A program made the translations under genes and the position numbers. The notes under the pieces were generated by a model, which saw only the letters and a list, made by a program, of their open reading frames with translations, ran no database searches and was not told where the DNA came from. This document shows, one piece after another, positions 1 to 29,007 of a stretch of DNA of 64,000 bases. Position 1 is the stretch's first letter; every line of letters begins with the position of its first letter. The stretch lies in assembly GCF_009914755.1 (NCBI RefSeq), contig NC_060943.1, one strand, 5' to 3'. The stretch comes from the human T2T-CHM13v2.0 reference genome, Homo sapiens.

Positions 1-387
1 GTATCTACCATAAAGTCCATTAATTGGCCTCCCAACTTCTAATGCAACCATAGGCTCCTGGAGGCCCAATGAGAAGGAGCCCAGTTTGTCCTAGTTCTCA
101 TATCTTTTAGCCCCTGCCAGCCCGATTAGATCAGTATTGCATTGCTTTAGGGTTTGGCAGCCCCTCACCGATGGCCTCTCTGTCACACGGCCTTAGCCAT
201 TTCCCTCATTGCCTTCTGGACATTCATCTTTACAGTGTCCTTTCTTTTTGCATCATGCACATTGATCCTTCTCTAACCTTGGTTGGCTCTCGAATCCCTG
301 TCTAACTTGACCTCTTCCAGGTCCATGTCTGCATCCTCTCACATTAATAGTTTCTCTCTCTATGAGGGCTGCTGCTTATAGATTGAG

Positions 388-695
<308 letters not shown>

Positions 696-1136
696 TTGAT
701 TGGCTTTTTTTAAAGCCTCTGTTCGACTTCCTTCTTTGCCCCCTGGTCATGGTTAACATACACTTTGGTGGCTACTTTTATAAGCTGGGTGGCATTCATG
801 GCTGCAAAACCTCCCAGTGTCTGAAGATTTTGCTTAATATTACTGTGGGCCTGTCCTACAAATGATGTATTTACCATATGCTGATTTTCAGCAGCCTCAG
901 GGTTAAACGGGGTTAAAAGCTGGTATGCCTCACAGAGTCCTTCATAAAACTGGCTAGGGATCTTACTTCCCTGAAGCACCTCTGAGATCTTTCTTATATT
1001 GATAGCCTTTTTTCCACCATCCCTTAGCCTTTGCATAAGTGCCTTTTGGTACCTCTGCAAATGCTGAAGCTGAGTCGCATCTTCTGAGTCCCAGTTGGGA
1101 TTTTGGTCTGGGAACTGGCCCTGAGCATATGCCTGA

Positions 1137-1492
<356 letters not shown>

Positions 1493-3170
1493 TAGGTTAC
1501 TATCCTGTGCTCCTTAGTGTTATACAGCATGAGAAGCAGCTGCCTGCAGTCTGGTCAGGTTGGATTCTGTGTCAGAAAGATGGACTGCATCAGATCTATA
1601 AGAGCTTGGGGCTTCTCCATATAGGAGGGAGTATGGTGTTTCCAGTTTAAGAGATCAGTGGTTGAAAAGGGCTGACAGATGAAAGTCCGTTCCCACCCTT
1701 GGACTTGGCCTTGGTTATCTTAATAAATGGGTCCTCGTGTCTCCCTGAGAGGCATTTGCATATCTCAAGCACAACCAGATCTGAGATGGCCTGCTTGACT
1801 ATCTTGACTTCTTTCCCTGACCTCTCAAGTCTCCAGTCTTTCATTTCAGGGTGAGAGTTGGGGTGTGCTAGCACCTGAATCTGGTTCCCAGGGGGCTGCT
1901 GGCCTTGGTAAAGTGGGGTAGGCTGTGACATATGGAGTAGGAATCTTTATTCCCTCTGGTGGCTCCTGCAAAACTGGCTTTTCTTGCTCCCTCTGGGCCT
2001 TCTTCTTTAACTCTGTATCTGCTAGCGAAGCTGCTCTTACTTTCATTTTTTGGCTTGGCTTAGGCCACAAGTGTTTTGCAATAAGCTGCTAAACAGGGCT
2101 GGATTCAGGCTGGTCTTGTTTGTGCTAGATTTAACCATGAGTCAATATAAGGAAACTGATCTGGATGCCGAGGCTGTCCTCTGACCTGTCACCACCTTAA
2201 ATACACGGCCAATTATTTTCCTATCTATAGTTCCTTCAATCAGTCATCCAACACTAAAAGAAGGCAGTTCTAATTCACAGAGAGTTCTTAACCTCTGGGG
2301 GGTTAGCTTAACTCCATAATTCCCTGTAAAACCTTCTTTAAAGTTCTGTAACATGCGCTCCAATGGAGTGGACTTTGATGACTTTACTCCCATTTCCTCC
2401 CTTTACTACGCAGCACACCCACTCTTCCTTTTGCCTCAGACTGACCAGACCATCCCCAATTACGGGAGTTTTCAGATGCTGCTTGGCTTTGGAGAGGTCC
2501 TTATTCCCACCACAACTCTGAGCTGTGGGGCAACTCCTATTGGACGTATACAGTTCACCACTAGTCCAGGGCAGCCCCATACTTTGCTCGGAGCACACAG
2601 TCAATGCTAAGAGATCTGTGACTCCCCACGTCACTCCTTGCATTGTATTCTCCTGGAACCATCTTTCACACACTTTTATATACGTCCCTGTTCCCAGTTC
2701 CTGTGTTCCTAATTGGGGTGGCAAGCAACTCTCACCACCTCCAGTTTCCTTTACCTAACCAACTAAGCAAGCCACTCTCGCATCCTGTGTTGGTTGAGGT
2801 GTGAGATTCTTCTGAATTGGCAAGCCCCTCTTGCCGCCCCAAGCCTCTCTGGGTCGGACTACTAGTTACACCCCGGGAGGTGATCAGGCTCCCCTTCCGT
2901 CCTTACGGGACGGGTCCTGCCTTGGTCCCCAATAACTTACCGTGGTTCCTAAAGTGCGCTATTTCTGGAATCATCCTGTAGCCCTTCTCAGGCTCCGTTG
3001 CACTGCTGGGTAGGGATGCCGGGTCATGGGAGAGCTGATTTCCCCTCCGGGCTGAAGTTCTCCCGGCGGTGCCTGGGTCCCAGGTTTCCCTTGAATCAAG
3101 GCTCCAGCCCCGATTTTCCCTTGAATCCGGGGCTCCAGCCCCGATTTCAAGGCAAAGGAGACAGTCTCTG

Positions 3171-3188
3171 CTCCTGGCTGGCTCGCCA
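3171..3188 (-). promoter_or_regulatory. Retroviral primer-binding site for tRNA-Arg(ACG)
   Basis: Minus strand TGGCGAGCCAGCCAGGAG, 5 nt after the LTR end; plus strand CTCCTGGCTGGCTCGCCA matches the 3' 18 nt of tRNA-Arg(ACG) including CCA, as recalled. Confidence 0.9.
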
Positions 3189-3193
3189 AGAAA

Positions 3194-3706
3194 TGTGGGA
3201 CACAGAGGACTAGAGAGACCAGTATGAGTCAATAAAGGAGGATATTTATTTTAAGGTATGCTCTGGCTCAGTGAATTCACATCCAAAAAGCTGAGCCTTG
3301 AACAAAGACTGAGTGAGATTTTAATAAGTAAACTTACAGAAGCAAAACAAAGGCAGTTAATTATATAATGACCAGTTTATGTAATTTATAGCATAACTGA
3401 ATTCTTGGCATAACTTGTGGCCTTTAATAGCTGGTGGCCTTGTAGCTGCATTGAAAGAAAAAACAAGAACTGGCTAAATACAGACGTTTGTTTTTCTTTG
3501 TTTCCTTCACCCTTGCTTCGGAGGGGAGTGTCTGGAGCCTATTTCTTTGGTTTCAACTTCTCAAACAGCATTATCTTATAACTGTCCTTGAAGTGAGCTT
3601 GCTAGGCAAAGAAAAACTTGTTCTTTTCTTTTCAACTCTTGCCTTGCCACATTCTGGGCTTTGGCTTTTACTTTTCTTGAAATAAATAAATGCAGTAATT
3701 ATCTCA
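3194..3706 (-). mobile_element. ERV1 5' LTR (HERV3-group type)
   Basis: On minus begins TGAGAT and ends ...TCCCACA just before the PBS; similar to the solo LTR at 20301-20898. The 5' boundary is approximate. Confidence 0.75.
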
Positions 3707-4585
3707 TTGAGAGGCTTCTGATCAAATTGATCAGCAAGTCAAACTCTCTGCTTAATCAGCAGTAACTTTATTTTCACTCTTCAAAGGCATTTTACCTGCC
3801 TGAAATGCAAAGGGGCAGTTCAAGTGACTGTGCTGAGCTGGTCCTCTCCAGTGTCAGTCTATTCACATTCACACAGGTGATCTTCTGGTGTAAGGGGGTG
3901 CACTTCAACAGCATTATCACAGCAATGTGGAACAGATGTAACAGAATAAAAGAGGAATCACTGCCTTCCAGGAAAAGGAGTTAATCTTATTCATTTTGTG
4001 TATGAGTACGTGGAGAATAAAGTTACAGAGAACGCTTTACATTAGTAGTGCAGTGCAGATCCTATGCAATCTTCTTGTTTGTCAAACATACCCTGAATGG
4101 TTTTATTAAGTACTATGTTTCTGGATCCACCCCTTATTTGATTCTGATAATTTCTACTTTATCAATTTAAATATTCACTCAACATCATCCAGATTTCTGT
4201 CCTTGATGCTTAAGTCCTCAGACATAAAATATTATTGATAAAAACATGAGCCTTTATTTTACTACAGAGCATTTCTTTAGCTTGGAAAGCCAAATTTGGT
4301 CAAAATGAAATATAACAATGAATATAAATCATTTTGGAAGTGAATTCAAATTATTTAAAATATTAAATTTGATAGATATATGTGTCAGAATTTTTAAAAA
4401 ATTTGAATACATAAAGCTGAAACTTGAAAAATATACATACATGCTTTTAAGACAAATCACTTTAAAAGCATGATCATTTAAGTTTTTAATTTAGCAGTTT
4501 TGGCTATGTTGAAAATGTAAATATGAAATATCACATAAAATAATGTTAAGAAAACAAAACAAAGCACAATAGTCCTGAAGGCTGT

Positions 4586-5191
4586 TGTGAGACCTCGGTT
4601 CTTAGTTTCAAAAATTTAAACGAGACGCAAAAAAATGAGGATGCAGCATAGATAGATTTATCGCAAAGTAGAAACACTATTTTAAAAGTGCGGTGCAAAA
4701 CACCCCTGAGAGAAAAGCAATTCAGGATGGGCTGCTTATAAGAATGAGACAGCAAAGACTGGAAATAGAGAGACTCCATTTATCGGAGTCTTACATAATT
4801 ATTTACAAAGAGTTAGAAAGTGGTGTTATTAGTAAGCATGTTCTGGGTGGTCCTCTTGGTGCACATACACAGTGGCTGTACATGCTTGTTTATATGTCAC
4901 ATATCTCATTAGCATATGTCACATATCTAATTAGCATCTCATTAGCAAAAACTCCACTCACGTGTGTGTTTTTTAGTATTACGATGAGTAAAAGGTCAGA
5001 GGACAAGTAAAATCAAAATGTGCATGCTCTTTATGGGGGAATATCCCTACTAGAGAGCTTTGCTTGAATGAGCTGAAACGCAATGCAAATGTTGGGGTTT
5101 ATTGTGTTGATAATATGCTATCACCAGGAAATCGCCATGGCTGCTGCATCCTGAGGACATGGTGACCTTCTTGGCTAGCTAGCCAGCTTCA
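4586..5191 (-). mobile_element. Solo LTR, MER4-group (MER66-like)
   Basis: Minus strand TGAAGCTGG...GAGGTCTCACA termini, ~600 bp; family assignment from recalled consensus, tentative. Confidence 0.55.
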
Positions 5192-5500
5192 ATAATACTT
5201 ATCTTAGTTTATTTTCAACTATCAACTCTGAGACAAAGATTTACCTGTTATGTCAATATTGTCAAAAGTGAGAAAATGACAATTTTAAAATCAAACATAT
5301 TTGAGCTTGATTTGGGTCACTAGCTGTGTACCCAGGAGAAATTATTTTACATCCCTGGAGCTTCAGTCAATATGTATGCATTGGTGTATGTTTGTTTTTT
5401 TGGTGTAGGTTTTTGTCCGTTTACATTTTTAAAGATATTTTTTCCTACTTTATGCTGATGTTAAGCTACACAAAACTTACCAAGAGCTCTATTTTACTAC

Positions 5501-6943
5501 TTTTTTTTTTTTTTTTTTTTTAGTATTTATTGATCATTCTTGGGTGTTTCTCAGAGACGGGGATTTGGCAGGGTCATAGGACAGCAGTGGAGGGAAGGTC
5601 AGCAGATAAACATGTGAACAAGGGTCTGTGGTTTTCCTAGGCAGGGGACCCTGCGGCCTTCCACAGTGTTTGTGTCCCTGGGTACTTGAGATTAGGGAGT
5701 GGTGATGACTCTTAACAAGTATGCTGCCTTCAAGCATCTGTTTCACAAAGCACATCTTGCACCGCCCTTAATCCATTTAACCCTGAGTGGACACAGCACA
5801 TGTTTCAGAGAGCACGGGGTGGGGGGTGGGGGGTAAGGTTATAGATTAACAGCATCCCAAGGCAGAAAAATTTTTCTTAGTACCGAACAAAATGGAGTCT
5901 CCCATGTCTACTTCTTTCTACACAGACACAGCAACAATCTGATCTCTCTTTCCTTCCCCACATTTCCCCCTTTTCTATTCGACAAAACCGCCATTGTCAT
6001 CATGGCCCGTTCTCAATGAGCTGTTGGGTACACCTCCTAGACGGGGTGGCGGCCGGGCAGAGGGGCTCCTCACTTCCCAGACGGGGTGGCCGGGCAGAGG
6101 CACCCCCCCACCTCCCTCCTGGACGGGGCGGATGGCTGGGCGGGGGCTGCCCCCCACCTCCCGGACGGGGCGGCTGCCGGGCGGAGACGCTCCTCACTTC
6201 CCAGGCGGGGCGGCTGCCGGGCGGAGGGGCTCCTCACTTCTCAGACGGGGCGGCCAGGCAGAGACGCTCCTCACCTCCCAGACGGGGTGGCGGTCGGGCA
6301 GAGACAGACACTCCTCAGATCCCAGACGGGGTTGTGGCCGGGCAGAGGCGCTCCTCACATCCCAGACGGGGCAGCGGGGCAGAGGCGCTCCCCACATCTC
6401 AGACGATGGGTGGCTGGGCAGAGACGCTCCTCACTTCCTAGATGGGATGGCGGCCGGGAAGAGGCGCTCCTCACTTCCCAGACTGGGCAGCCGGGCAGAG
6501 GGGCTCCTCACATCCCAGATGATGGACGGCCAGGCAAAGACGCTCCTCACTTCCCAGACAGGGTGGCAGCCGGGCAGAGGCTGCAATCTGGGCATTTTGG
6601 GAGGCCAAGGCAGGTGGCTGGGAGGTGGAGGTTGTAGCGAGCTGAGATCACGCCACTGCACTCCAGCCTGGGCAAGATTGAGCACTGAGTGAGCGAGACT
6701 CCGTCTGCAATCCCGGCACCTCGGGACGCCCGGGCAGGCAGATCACTCGCGGTCAGGAGCTGGAGACCAGCCTGGCCAACATGGCGAAACCCCGTCTCCA
6801 CCAAAAAATACAAAAACCAGTCAGGCGTGGCGGCATGCGCCTGCAATCCCAGGCACTCGGCAGGCTGAGGCAGGAGAATCAGGCAGGGATGTTGCAGTGA
6901 GCCGAGATGGCGGCAGCACAGTCCAGCCTCGGCTTGGCATCCG
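5501..6943 (-). mobile_element. SVA retrotransposon (older SVA_A/B-like), lacking the CCCTCT hexamer
   Basis: Poly-T, SINE-R (5525-6015), GC-rich VNTR (~6030-6580), Alu-like domain; TSD TATTTTACTAC at 5490-5500 and 6944-6954. Confidence 0.96.
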
Positions 6944-8154
6944 TATTTTACTACATTTTTCAACCAAAAGGTTAAATACTTAAATATTGAAAGTGACATT
7001 CTGGATTATCCTTTTCCACGCAGACTACATTGCAGTTTTTCCTTATGTGGTGCAAGGTTATAAAAATGCCATTCAGTTGATTTCTTAAGTAAAAGTAGAA
7101 CGTGTTTTCTCAGACAGTAGCATGAGAATTTTTGACACACTACCATTAGACATAATGAAAGCAAATGAATAAATGTGTTGAAATTTGTCTTTATTCACGA
7201 GATCATTAGAGGCTAAGTCATGGCAACACGTGTAGTTCAATTCAATTTTTTTTGTGTAAAATTTTGTTGAGCTGCATCCATCTGCATATGTAACACTAAT
7301 TTGGTAACAGCTTCTTTATACTAAGCCAGAATTAATTTGTCCTCATGGTTTTGTTTTAAATGTGTGAGCTGTATTATATCACATTTGAACAAGTAATATA
7401 GAGAATATAAATTTAGTTTAGAGAAAGAAAAGTACAGGCACACTAAAAATGAATTAGAATCTGGCAGCTGACACTGATTAACAGGTTGAGCAAATTCAAC
7501 TAGACCTAAATCTCTGTAAACAATTTTGAAAGACAGAATTCTAACTAAAAACATCTTCAACAACATAATAAACCTACGAGATTAAAAAAAAAAGTTGGTT
7601 TACCCATCATCAATCAATACTAGGTTAAATTAGAAAATTGTGAACACATCATACAAAAAGTAAAATTACTAAACTATCCTCAGACTTCATCTGATTAAAA
7701 CAAGACTTCTGGGTATTTGAAAGCACCAAATTATTGATGAAAAATATCTATTCTGAACAGATCCTTGATCTTATATACATATTACTACTAAGTAAAACCT
7801 AATACAGCTTTGATTTCTGAAATATTTGTGAATGTCTGTCACTGCACTCAAAAATCAAGAAATTATTTCATCTGTCTAAATTTTGAGGAAAATATTTGCT
7901 ATTTTAATTGAATGCCAGTAGTGTGTGAATTCATGTAGTGTGGCAAACCACCCATTTCTTTAGTATTCTGCTATTTTTATAAAATAAGCCAGAATTTGTG
8001 GAGACATTTGTAAACAAAAAATCTTTCCTAAAAGTTAGACATCAGAAAATAGCGATATTAATGTTACGTTATATACACAGTTTGCTAAACCCTACCATAA
8101 TCTGTAAAGTTTTTGTGTACAACAATCTTAGATTACCGAAAACAAAATAAAATT

Positions 8155-8522
<368 letters not shown>

Positions 8523-8674
8523 TGACTGCCACTTTAAAAAACAAATATTTCAGCACAATACAATGTTTTGTGTATGTACAGAAGGAAAACCAAACTTTGA
8601 AGTTTTCAAATCATAAACAGAAGCATTATTTGTGATTCTAAGCTTTAAATATATAAAACAAATATTTATTCTTC

Positions 8675-10886
<2,212 letters not shown>

Positions 10887-11074
10887 ACCGTTTATTCATC
10901 TTAATTTAAAATACAGTGGTTTTTGAACAATTCAAGTAGCATTAGACTATTAAAAACATCATGAGCCACACAAGTGTCAACTGCATTTTCAGAATTATGA
11001 GAACTTAGAAAAAGTAAACCAAACACCTTTAGTTTAGTTAAAAACATACTAAACTACTTTGTATTTGCCCTTGT

Positions 11075-11910
11075 GATGAGAATCATCTTTATTCATTTTG
11101 GAACAAACAGGAAATGCTGTGGTGGTAACTTGCTGGTGGTGACTGTGATGATATTTACTGTCTTAGGGATGATGGGATTCAGTGGACCAGAATCGTCAGG
11201 ACCTTACTATGGTCACTGCTGTTTAATTCTCTTCTGTCATTCATTTTCCAGACTCCTTCATCAATTTCATTTCTATCATTGAATGAATGATTTTGCACTG
11301 CTTTAGCATCTGCCTTTGATTTCTGCTAATTTTCTTTGTTCATTTTTCTTGTCCATCTCTGGTGGCTGCTTTGCTATTCAACTTTGAGGAGTTTGTGCTG
11401 CTTCACCCTCAGCTGCTCCAACAGTCCATCCATTTGCCTCAAGCTCTCTGGCAGGGTCTCCAGGTTCTTCTGTGTCTGGTGTCTGAGATTTATCAGCAGG
11501 AGCTTGTTTTCAATGACCACAGCTACCGCCGTCTCCTGCCAGTGGGGTGGTTTCTACAAGAGCCAAAGTGCCCATGCCCGGAGACACCTTGGTTATAAAC
11601 CTTGGTCATGGCCCAGTTTGGTGCGCAAAAACCCAATGTCAACCAGAGCATTTCGCACAGATGGGTGAGCTTTCCTTGGCACATGGGGCAGTTCCCCCAT
11701 CATCTCTATGCTGCCACCTCCCCTTACACAAAGGATGGTGTAGGGGCCTGAAGACACCGTGGAAGAGTCCAGGGAGTTAGGAGGGGCTGGGCCAGGCAGC
11801 CTCAGGCCCAGAGGATGGCAGCACCCCCTCACACCTGAGCAGACATCAGCCACTGCCACCTCGGGGAGGACAGAGGAGCCCAGGCTCCCCCAGCCAGCCT
11901 CACTCTAAAC
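11075..11910 (-). pseudogene. MTDHP: MTDH (metadherin/AEG-1/LYRIC) processed pseudogene, 3'-truncated
   Basis: Translated fragments match recalled MTDH: LCEML/GFLRTKLGHDQGL ~ LREML..GFLRTELGLDLGL; NGWTVGAAEGEAAQTPQS ~ NGRTVEVAEGEAVRTPQS; KQPPEMDKKNDK ~ KQPPEIDKKNEK; KSKADAKAVQN..EIDEGVW ~ KSKSDAKAVQN..EVDEGAW; TTTAFPVCSKMNKDDSH ~ TTASFPVGSKKNKGDSH. No introns; start codon is GTG at 11717; many frameshifts. Confidence 0.88.
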
Positions 11911-11935
11911 CAGCAGAGGAAAAAATTATTGTTAT

Positions 11936-19030
<7,095 letters not shown>

Positions 19031-19559
19031 TTAATTTCATCTCATCTGCTTCGAAGGTGGCTCATGGTTGGGCTATCTTCATCTAGGAGAGTATTCCAGG
19101 CCAGACCCTACTTAACCTAAAATAATTAAAAAGGTCAGAATTTGAAAATAATTTATTTAAGTTCAAATATTAAGGATAGCCACCAAATAACAGATTTAAG
19201 TAGCCCTGAATATATATTCCAATTAGTAGCCATTACAAGCCGGTTTTTTGGAAACAGTGCGAAGGCAGTTTCTAAGTTGTTTACCAAGAATTGACATTAA
19301 AATTATTGGTAAATTGATTGGGTATTGATTGGCTATATATATTTGTTTTACATATTTTATGAAAAACGAAATAATGGTTGAGACAGCTAGTCAGAAACAA
19401 AATGTCTTTAAACAATTGCCCCTGTGCACAGATGTGGGGTAAGATTGAAGTCTCATACTCTCATCTTTCTGGGCTTGATAAATTGTGCAGAACTCAAAGA
19501 GCGGAGACTGCTCTGAGCTACTTTTCTCACCGCCTTGCTCAGGACACATAAACCCCTTA

Positions 19560-20898
<1,339 letters not shown>

Positions 20899-20928
20899 GT
20901 TGAACACAGAATATTATTTTATAAATAA

Positions 20929-23495
<2,567 letters not shown>

Positions 23496-23660
23496 AACTC
23501 ATATAAACTTACTTAACCTTAATCACTTTCTAAAATTGTTGTTTTCAAATAGAATCACATTGGAGGTTATGGCTTACCATATGAATTTTGATAGAAAAGT
23601 CAGTCTAAATCATGGGAAATAACCATATAGAGGTAATATTTTATATCTCATTGGAATTAA

Positions 23661-24420
<760 letters not shown>

Positions 24421-24924
24421 AAGACTAAAGACAATTCTAAAACTAGAAAAAGACTAGAGTGTGGTTGAGGACACATGGCCCAATAAAGTTTCCAAAGGAA
24501 AACCTCAATTCAAAGATGTCTGGGCAAGGCATTTGTGCCTGTGGAAGATAAAAGGAGAAAAAGCGGGAAAATTTTTGACAGTGGAATGTAAGGGGATTAT
24601 TTTTTACCTTTCTCTCATGTAAAATATTTACAAATAGAAAACAAGTATTTTTAAAAGTGTCATCCAGTGCTCTGTGACAAAGTGATTAATTAAAATACTG
24701 TTTCTGAAATGTACAATAAAGGACAAAAATAGTTGATAATGTTGTGAATTGAAGGGGAGAAGTTGGCTTTGGGGAATGTTGGAAAGAAACTGGGAATTTA
24801 AGATTTTACTGCAAGCCTGGCAAGGATTTTACTGGCAAGGCTGAACAGGACAGAGTAGTGGATTTGAGACCCTGCTTGCCACACATGTGGAAAATACAGG
24901 GTGACACCAGTGCGTCTGATTAAA

Positions 24925-25945
<1,021 letters not shown>

Positions 25946-25959
25946 AGGGTAAAGTAGGA

Positions 25960-26620
25960 ACTGGGGACCCCACAGACCGCAGCTCCTTCCACGCAGGAGA
26001 CCCGCACAACCAGTCGGAGTCTTTCCCTGATGACCTCACAACCTGGGGAAGATGACGGGCTGCGGGCGCAGAGCTGCGCAAAGAGGGCTACAGGCTGGGG
26101 CTAAAGCCGCTGTGCTGAAACGGTAAAGGACGCCCCGGGGTCCCTGCACCGGAGGAGAGTGAGGGCTGAGCTGCGGGGCACTCAGGCTCACAAGACCGTC
26201 CCGCCACCGCCATTTCTGGCGCGTCCCAAAGAGGCCTCCCCCGTCTCCAAACGCCCTGCCCCGCACACTCACCTTTTCTCGGCTTCAGGAATGTCCTGGA
26301 GTCTATGAATCTTCCAGCACCATCAGTTCACCGCGTGATGGAGGCTGAGGCTGTGGCCGAATCACCGAGACCCTTGGAAAGAAGACACAGGGCAGTGAAG
26401 AGCTAACCTCGAGCTCTGGCTGGAGCAAGAGACAAAGGCCCCGCCAGGTACCGGGAGCCACCCCTTCCTCTCTGACTGTGAACCTGATTGGACAGTTCCC
26501 ACCCCAGCGCCCTTAATGGATAGAGCTCCAGGCTCCGCGCCCTCAGGCCTTGAGTGACAGAAGACGCGATCAGACCTTGCACTGAATACCGCGAGCGTGA
26601 CAGGCTCTTGGCTCCAGTCA
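25960..26620 (-). promoter_or_regulatory. CpG-rich KRAB-ZNF-type promoter and first exon (exon ~26450-26273), ATG-less
   Basis: Minus strand: CCAATCAG at ~26490, then TGGCGGGGCCTTTGTCTC (ZNF91-family exon-1 signature). The exon ends GAAGCCGAGAAAAG|GTGAGT, where paralogs as recalled have GAAATG|GTGAG. ZNF-like intron-1 start follows. Confidence 0.8.
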
Positions 26621-26907
26621 TTTCAGGAAGGGCTATCTCTGGGTTGGGCCCACATGTGCCCAGGGGTTATTTTAAATCTTGTGTATAAGGTTATGTCCAT
26701 TTATAAATTTTATTCATACACACATATATGTTGTTCACAAATGGAAACACTATAATAACAATTATTTTAAAATTTAACATTTCATAAAATTTCTGGCCTT
26801 TAGTCTTTTGAGTAGGCAACCTGGGATTTTAAAAGAAAAACAGGGCCGGGAGTGGTGGCACCAAGAAGAAAAAAAGTTTATAGAATCTCAAAAAGAAATA
26901 AGAAAAA

Positions 26908-28365
<1,458 letters not shown>

Positions 28366-29007
28366 CAGCAGGCAGGTTTTCTTGTAGACGGAATGAAAGC
28401 AAGGAAAGCTGGAATGAGCTCAGCCCTATCAGGCACCCTAAAGGCTGCCTGGGGTTGCCTGCAAGGCCATCTAGCCTTCTGCTTCCTGGCAGGCTGGTCA
28501 AGCACTTATTCTGGTCTCTTTGAGACTTTGATTTCCTGGAAGGAGAGGGCCCTCCTTTCCACTGGACTGAGTGGCCAGGGCCATCCAGCTTCCCACCCTC
28601 CACTAACAACCATGGGGTGCCCTCCTGAGCACACACTGCCCAATTATGGCCCTTCTTAGGCAGGAGCTCATTTGTCTTACACTTTCAGCCTGCTGGGGCT
28701 TAGAAGTTATCAGTGCTGTTATTAAGATAGAGAAATGAGGGGGGAAAGTTGCTTTAAAAATCTTCCATAATCTTATTATGGAAATCACCAGCGCAGATGC
28801 CAGCACAGGTGGGGCTCCTGAGGATGCTGGGGGAGAGTTCCCAGCCTGTCCTGGCAGCCGGTCCTTGCCAGGGATGGCTCATGCCCCAGCTCCAGAGAGA
28901 AGCAGGTAGACATCTCTGCAAGGAGCTGCGGGCTGCAGCTCAGGACAGCCAAGCCCCACTGGTGGTGGAGTGGGGCTACATCCCATCAGGCTGTGTCTCT
29001 TCCACAG

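Noticed and set aside
3171-3188. tRNA-Arg 3' end match
   Set aside because: Only 18 nt, positioned right after an LTR; it is a PBS, not a tRNA gene.
5994-6692. 232-aa ORF (and the 211-aa ORF at 49406-50041)
   Set aside because: Antisense read-through of the GC-rich SVA VNTR and Alu-like domain; not a gene.
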